A stretch of 64,000 nucleotides of DNA. Origin: Mobula hypostoma (taxonomy: Eukaryota). Shown piece by piece: positions 61,453-64,000 of the stretch. Location: positions 163,062,001-163,126,000 of the forward strand of contig NC_086097.1 of the NCBI RefSeq assembly GCF_963921235.1, given 5' to 3'. A program made the position numbers and the translations under genes. How positions within the stretch are numbered: the stretch's first letter is position 1; the number at the start of each line of letters is the position of its first letter. The notes below the pieces were generated by a model. That model saw only the letters and a list, made by a program, of their open reading frames with translations. It was not told where the DNA came from and did not search any database.

Positions 61453-61989
61453 ATGAAAGTTTCCACGCTTCTCGCACTCAGCAACTACACTAGTGCCTTA
61501 CTCTAATATGTACTACGATTATATTTATTTGGCTACCTAGTGTAGCTGCCCACAATGCTGGGTTGTTCTGCATCTCTTAGTAACACTTTTTTTAACCACT
61601 TCAAATATTTTTTACATCCGTGGGTGATCAGCATTTGTATTTTATGAAAAGTGACAACAATTTATGGAAGATGAAACCAACTGAAAGCTGATCCCCAAGT
61701 GTTCAGATTATTACTGAAATACAACGAATATGAAATGGCATTTAGGATTCTGAAATGTTTCGAACAAAAATAATTCCAATCTTCCTTTACTCGTAAAATA
61801 GCTTAGAATTCATTTCTATTTCAATGTTTACCTCATGTACTGAATTCAGAATCACAGTCCTTATTTTTCCAATCCCAGCGTACCTGCCTTTCTGAAAATT
61901 CTTTCCAGCCTGGTCCCAGCTTTACATTTCAGTTCCCTGTTCTAGCCCAGAGTGCAGCCTCCACCAGTGCCGTAACTCCACTCTTGTAG

Positions 61990-62190
61990 TCATTGAGCCA
62001 TACAGCATAGAAAAGAAGCTATTTGACCCAACTAGTCTATTTTGACCAAGTTGCCTAACTGAGCTAATCCCGGAGCCTGTGTTTGATCCATATCCCTCTG
62101 AACCTTCCCTGTCCATGCATCTGTCTAAATGTCTTTTAAACATCAGAATTGTTCCTGTTTCTATGACCTTCTCCACCAGCTCGTTCCTTC
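61990..62190 (-). mobile_element. CR1 3' end
   Basis: NELVEKVIETGTILMFKRHLDRCMDREGSEGYG. Confidence 0.8.
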
Positions 62191-62309
62191 TCTTCAAGGT
62201 CTCTCCCTACCTGCATGACCTTGATATGTATTTGTCTACCTTTAAAATCTTACTCTGAATCTATCTTCAATGCAGCTTCAGCCTTCTCGATCAGATTGTA
62301 ATACACCAG

Positions 62310-63080
62310 AGTAGGAGTAGGCCATTTCCTCTCAACCCCATTCTCCTGCCTTCTCCCTGTAACCTCTGACATACTTAATAAGCAATTACATATCAACCTC
62401 TGTTTTAAGTATACCCAACGATTTGGCCTTCATACTTCATAGTCCACTGTGGCAATGAATTCTACAAATTCACCACCATCTGGCTAAATAAATTCCTCTC
62501 CATCTCTGTTCCAAAGGGACATCCTTTTTATTATGAAGCTGTAACCTCGAGTTCGAGACTCTTCCACTGCCGGGAACATCCTCTCCATGTCCACTCTATC
62601 CAAGTTTTTCAATATTCAGGAGGTTTCAAGCTAGAGCTACTAGGACTTGATATTTCAATCCCCGTGGCAAGTCAGCACTCTCCATGTTGGCAGTGGGCTT
62701 GGAGTGGTGACAAGGAGGGAGGGTAGGTACATCATCGGGGTCATCAGGTGGGCACCCTCCTTCTTTGACGTTTCGTTGATAAGCCCACGACGTCTCCAGA
62801 GGGCTCAACGGTGCTACCTGGTGTCCCAGATACACCCCCTTCAGTGCCATACCCTCCTGTCTTCATCATGCAGCCCAGTTGTTGTCTTTCCTTTTAATCC
62901 AAATCAATGTGATTCAGTGAGTTAAGGATTTGTAGTATTCTAAACTCCAGTTAGTACACACCCAGAGCCATCAAACGTTCCTCATACATTAACCCTTTCA
63001 TCCCTGGGATCATACTCAAATCTCTTCTGGACCCTCTCCAACACTTCATAGATATGGGGCCCAAAACTGCTCACTATGCT
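62310..63080 (-). mobile_element. CR1 3' fragment with an ~305-bp unrelated insert
   Basis: Same family as 7681-8335, interrupted at about 62629-62935. Confidence 0.8.
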
Positions 63081-63086
63081 TTACAA

Positions 63087-64000
63087 CAGGAACTCTGCAG
63101 ATGCTGGAAATTCAAGCAACACACATCAAAGTTGCTGGTGAACGCAGCAGGCCAGGCAGCATCTGTAGGAAGAGGTGCAGTCGATGTTTCAGGCCGAGAC
63201 CCTTCGTCAGGACTAACTGAAGGAAGAGTGAGTAAGGGATTTGAAAGTTGGAGGGGGAGGGGGAGATCCAAAATGATAGGAGAAGACAGGAGGGGGAGGG
63301 ATAGAGCCAAGAACTGGACAGGTGATAGGCAAAAGGGGATACGAGAGGATCATGGGACAGGAGGTCCGGGAAGAAAGACAGGGGGGGGCCTAGAGGATGG
63401 GCAAGAGGTATATTCAGAGGGACAGAGGGAGAAAAAGGAGAGTGAGAGAAAGAATGTGTGCATAAAAATAAGTAACAGATGGGGTACGATGGGGAGGTGG
63501 GGCATTAGCGGAAGTTAGAGAAGTCGATGTTCATGCCATCAGGTTGGAGGCTACCCAGACAGAATATAAGGTGTTGTTCCTCCAACCTGAGTGTAGCTTC
63601 ATCTTTACAGTAGAGGAGGCCATGGATAGACATATCAGAATGGGAATGGGATGTGGAATTAAAATGTGTGGCCACTGGGAGATCCTGCTTTCTCTGGCGG
63701 ACAGAGCGTAGATGTTCAGCAAAGCGGTCTCCCAGTCTGCGTCGGGTCTCGCCAATATATAAAAGGCCACATCGGGAGCACCGGACGCAGTATATCACCC
63801 CAGTCGACTCACAGGTGAAGTGTTGCCTCACCTGGAAGGACTGTTTGGGGCCCTGAATGGTGGTAAGGGAGGAAGTGTAAGGGCATGTGTAGCACTTGTT
63901 CCGCTTACACGGATAAGTGCCAGGAGGGAGATCAGTGGGGAGGGATGGGAGGGACGAATGGACAAGGGAGTTGCGTAGGGAGCGATCCCTGCGGAATGCA
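63087..64000 (-). mobile_element. Young Penelope-like element (runs off the window end)
   Basis: GIY-YIG domain RQHFTCESTGVIYCVRCSRCGLLYIGETRRRLGDRFAEHL ending at stop 63505. The 3' tail carries a hammerhead motif. Confidence 0.93.
63179..63214 (-). ncRNA. Minimal hammerhead ribozyme motif (Penelope)
   Basis: Minus strand reads AGUC CUGACGA AGGGUCUCGGCCU GAAAC AUC GACU. Confidence 0.7.

Noticed and set aside
17480..64000. lama1 exon 1 and promoter
   Set aside because: No signal-peptide exon or non-repeat CpG island seen. CpG-rich patches all belong to young TEs.

Overview
Repeat-rich vertebrate genomic DNA, most likely from a cartilaginous fish (shark or ray; inferred from HE1/V-SINE-type SINEs plus the CR1, Rex1 and Penelope repeat mix). 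The whole window appears to lie inside a minus-strand laminin alpha-1 gene (lama1). Only two coding exons are present: 17479-17309 (171 bp) and 14410-14298 (113 bp), encoding the start of the LN domain. I did not find exon 1 or exon 4. The introns are a nested mosaic of mobile DNA: a full-length 5.8-kb L1 with a perfect 18-bp TSD and only two ORF2 lesions, many Rex1/Babar and CR1 fragments, Penelope (GIY-YIG) elements carrying minimal hammerhead ribozyme motifs, two solo LTRs, a hAT/Charlie deletion derivative, a tiny hAT MITE, tRNA-derived SINEs, and non-tRNA non-autonomous retroelements with Rex1-like tails. The best leads are the Penelope hammerhead/inverted-repeat mini-elements, a two-copy YY1-headed ~665-bp retroelement, a sense-oriented solo LTR just upstream of exon 2, a structured RTE 5' end, fold-back hairpins and a templated repair insertion. 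I see no evidence for a wholly new multi-gene system. Repeat family names rest on motif recognition from memory rather than a database search, and the ends of degenerate repeats are approximate.
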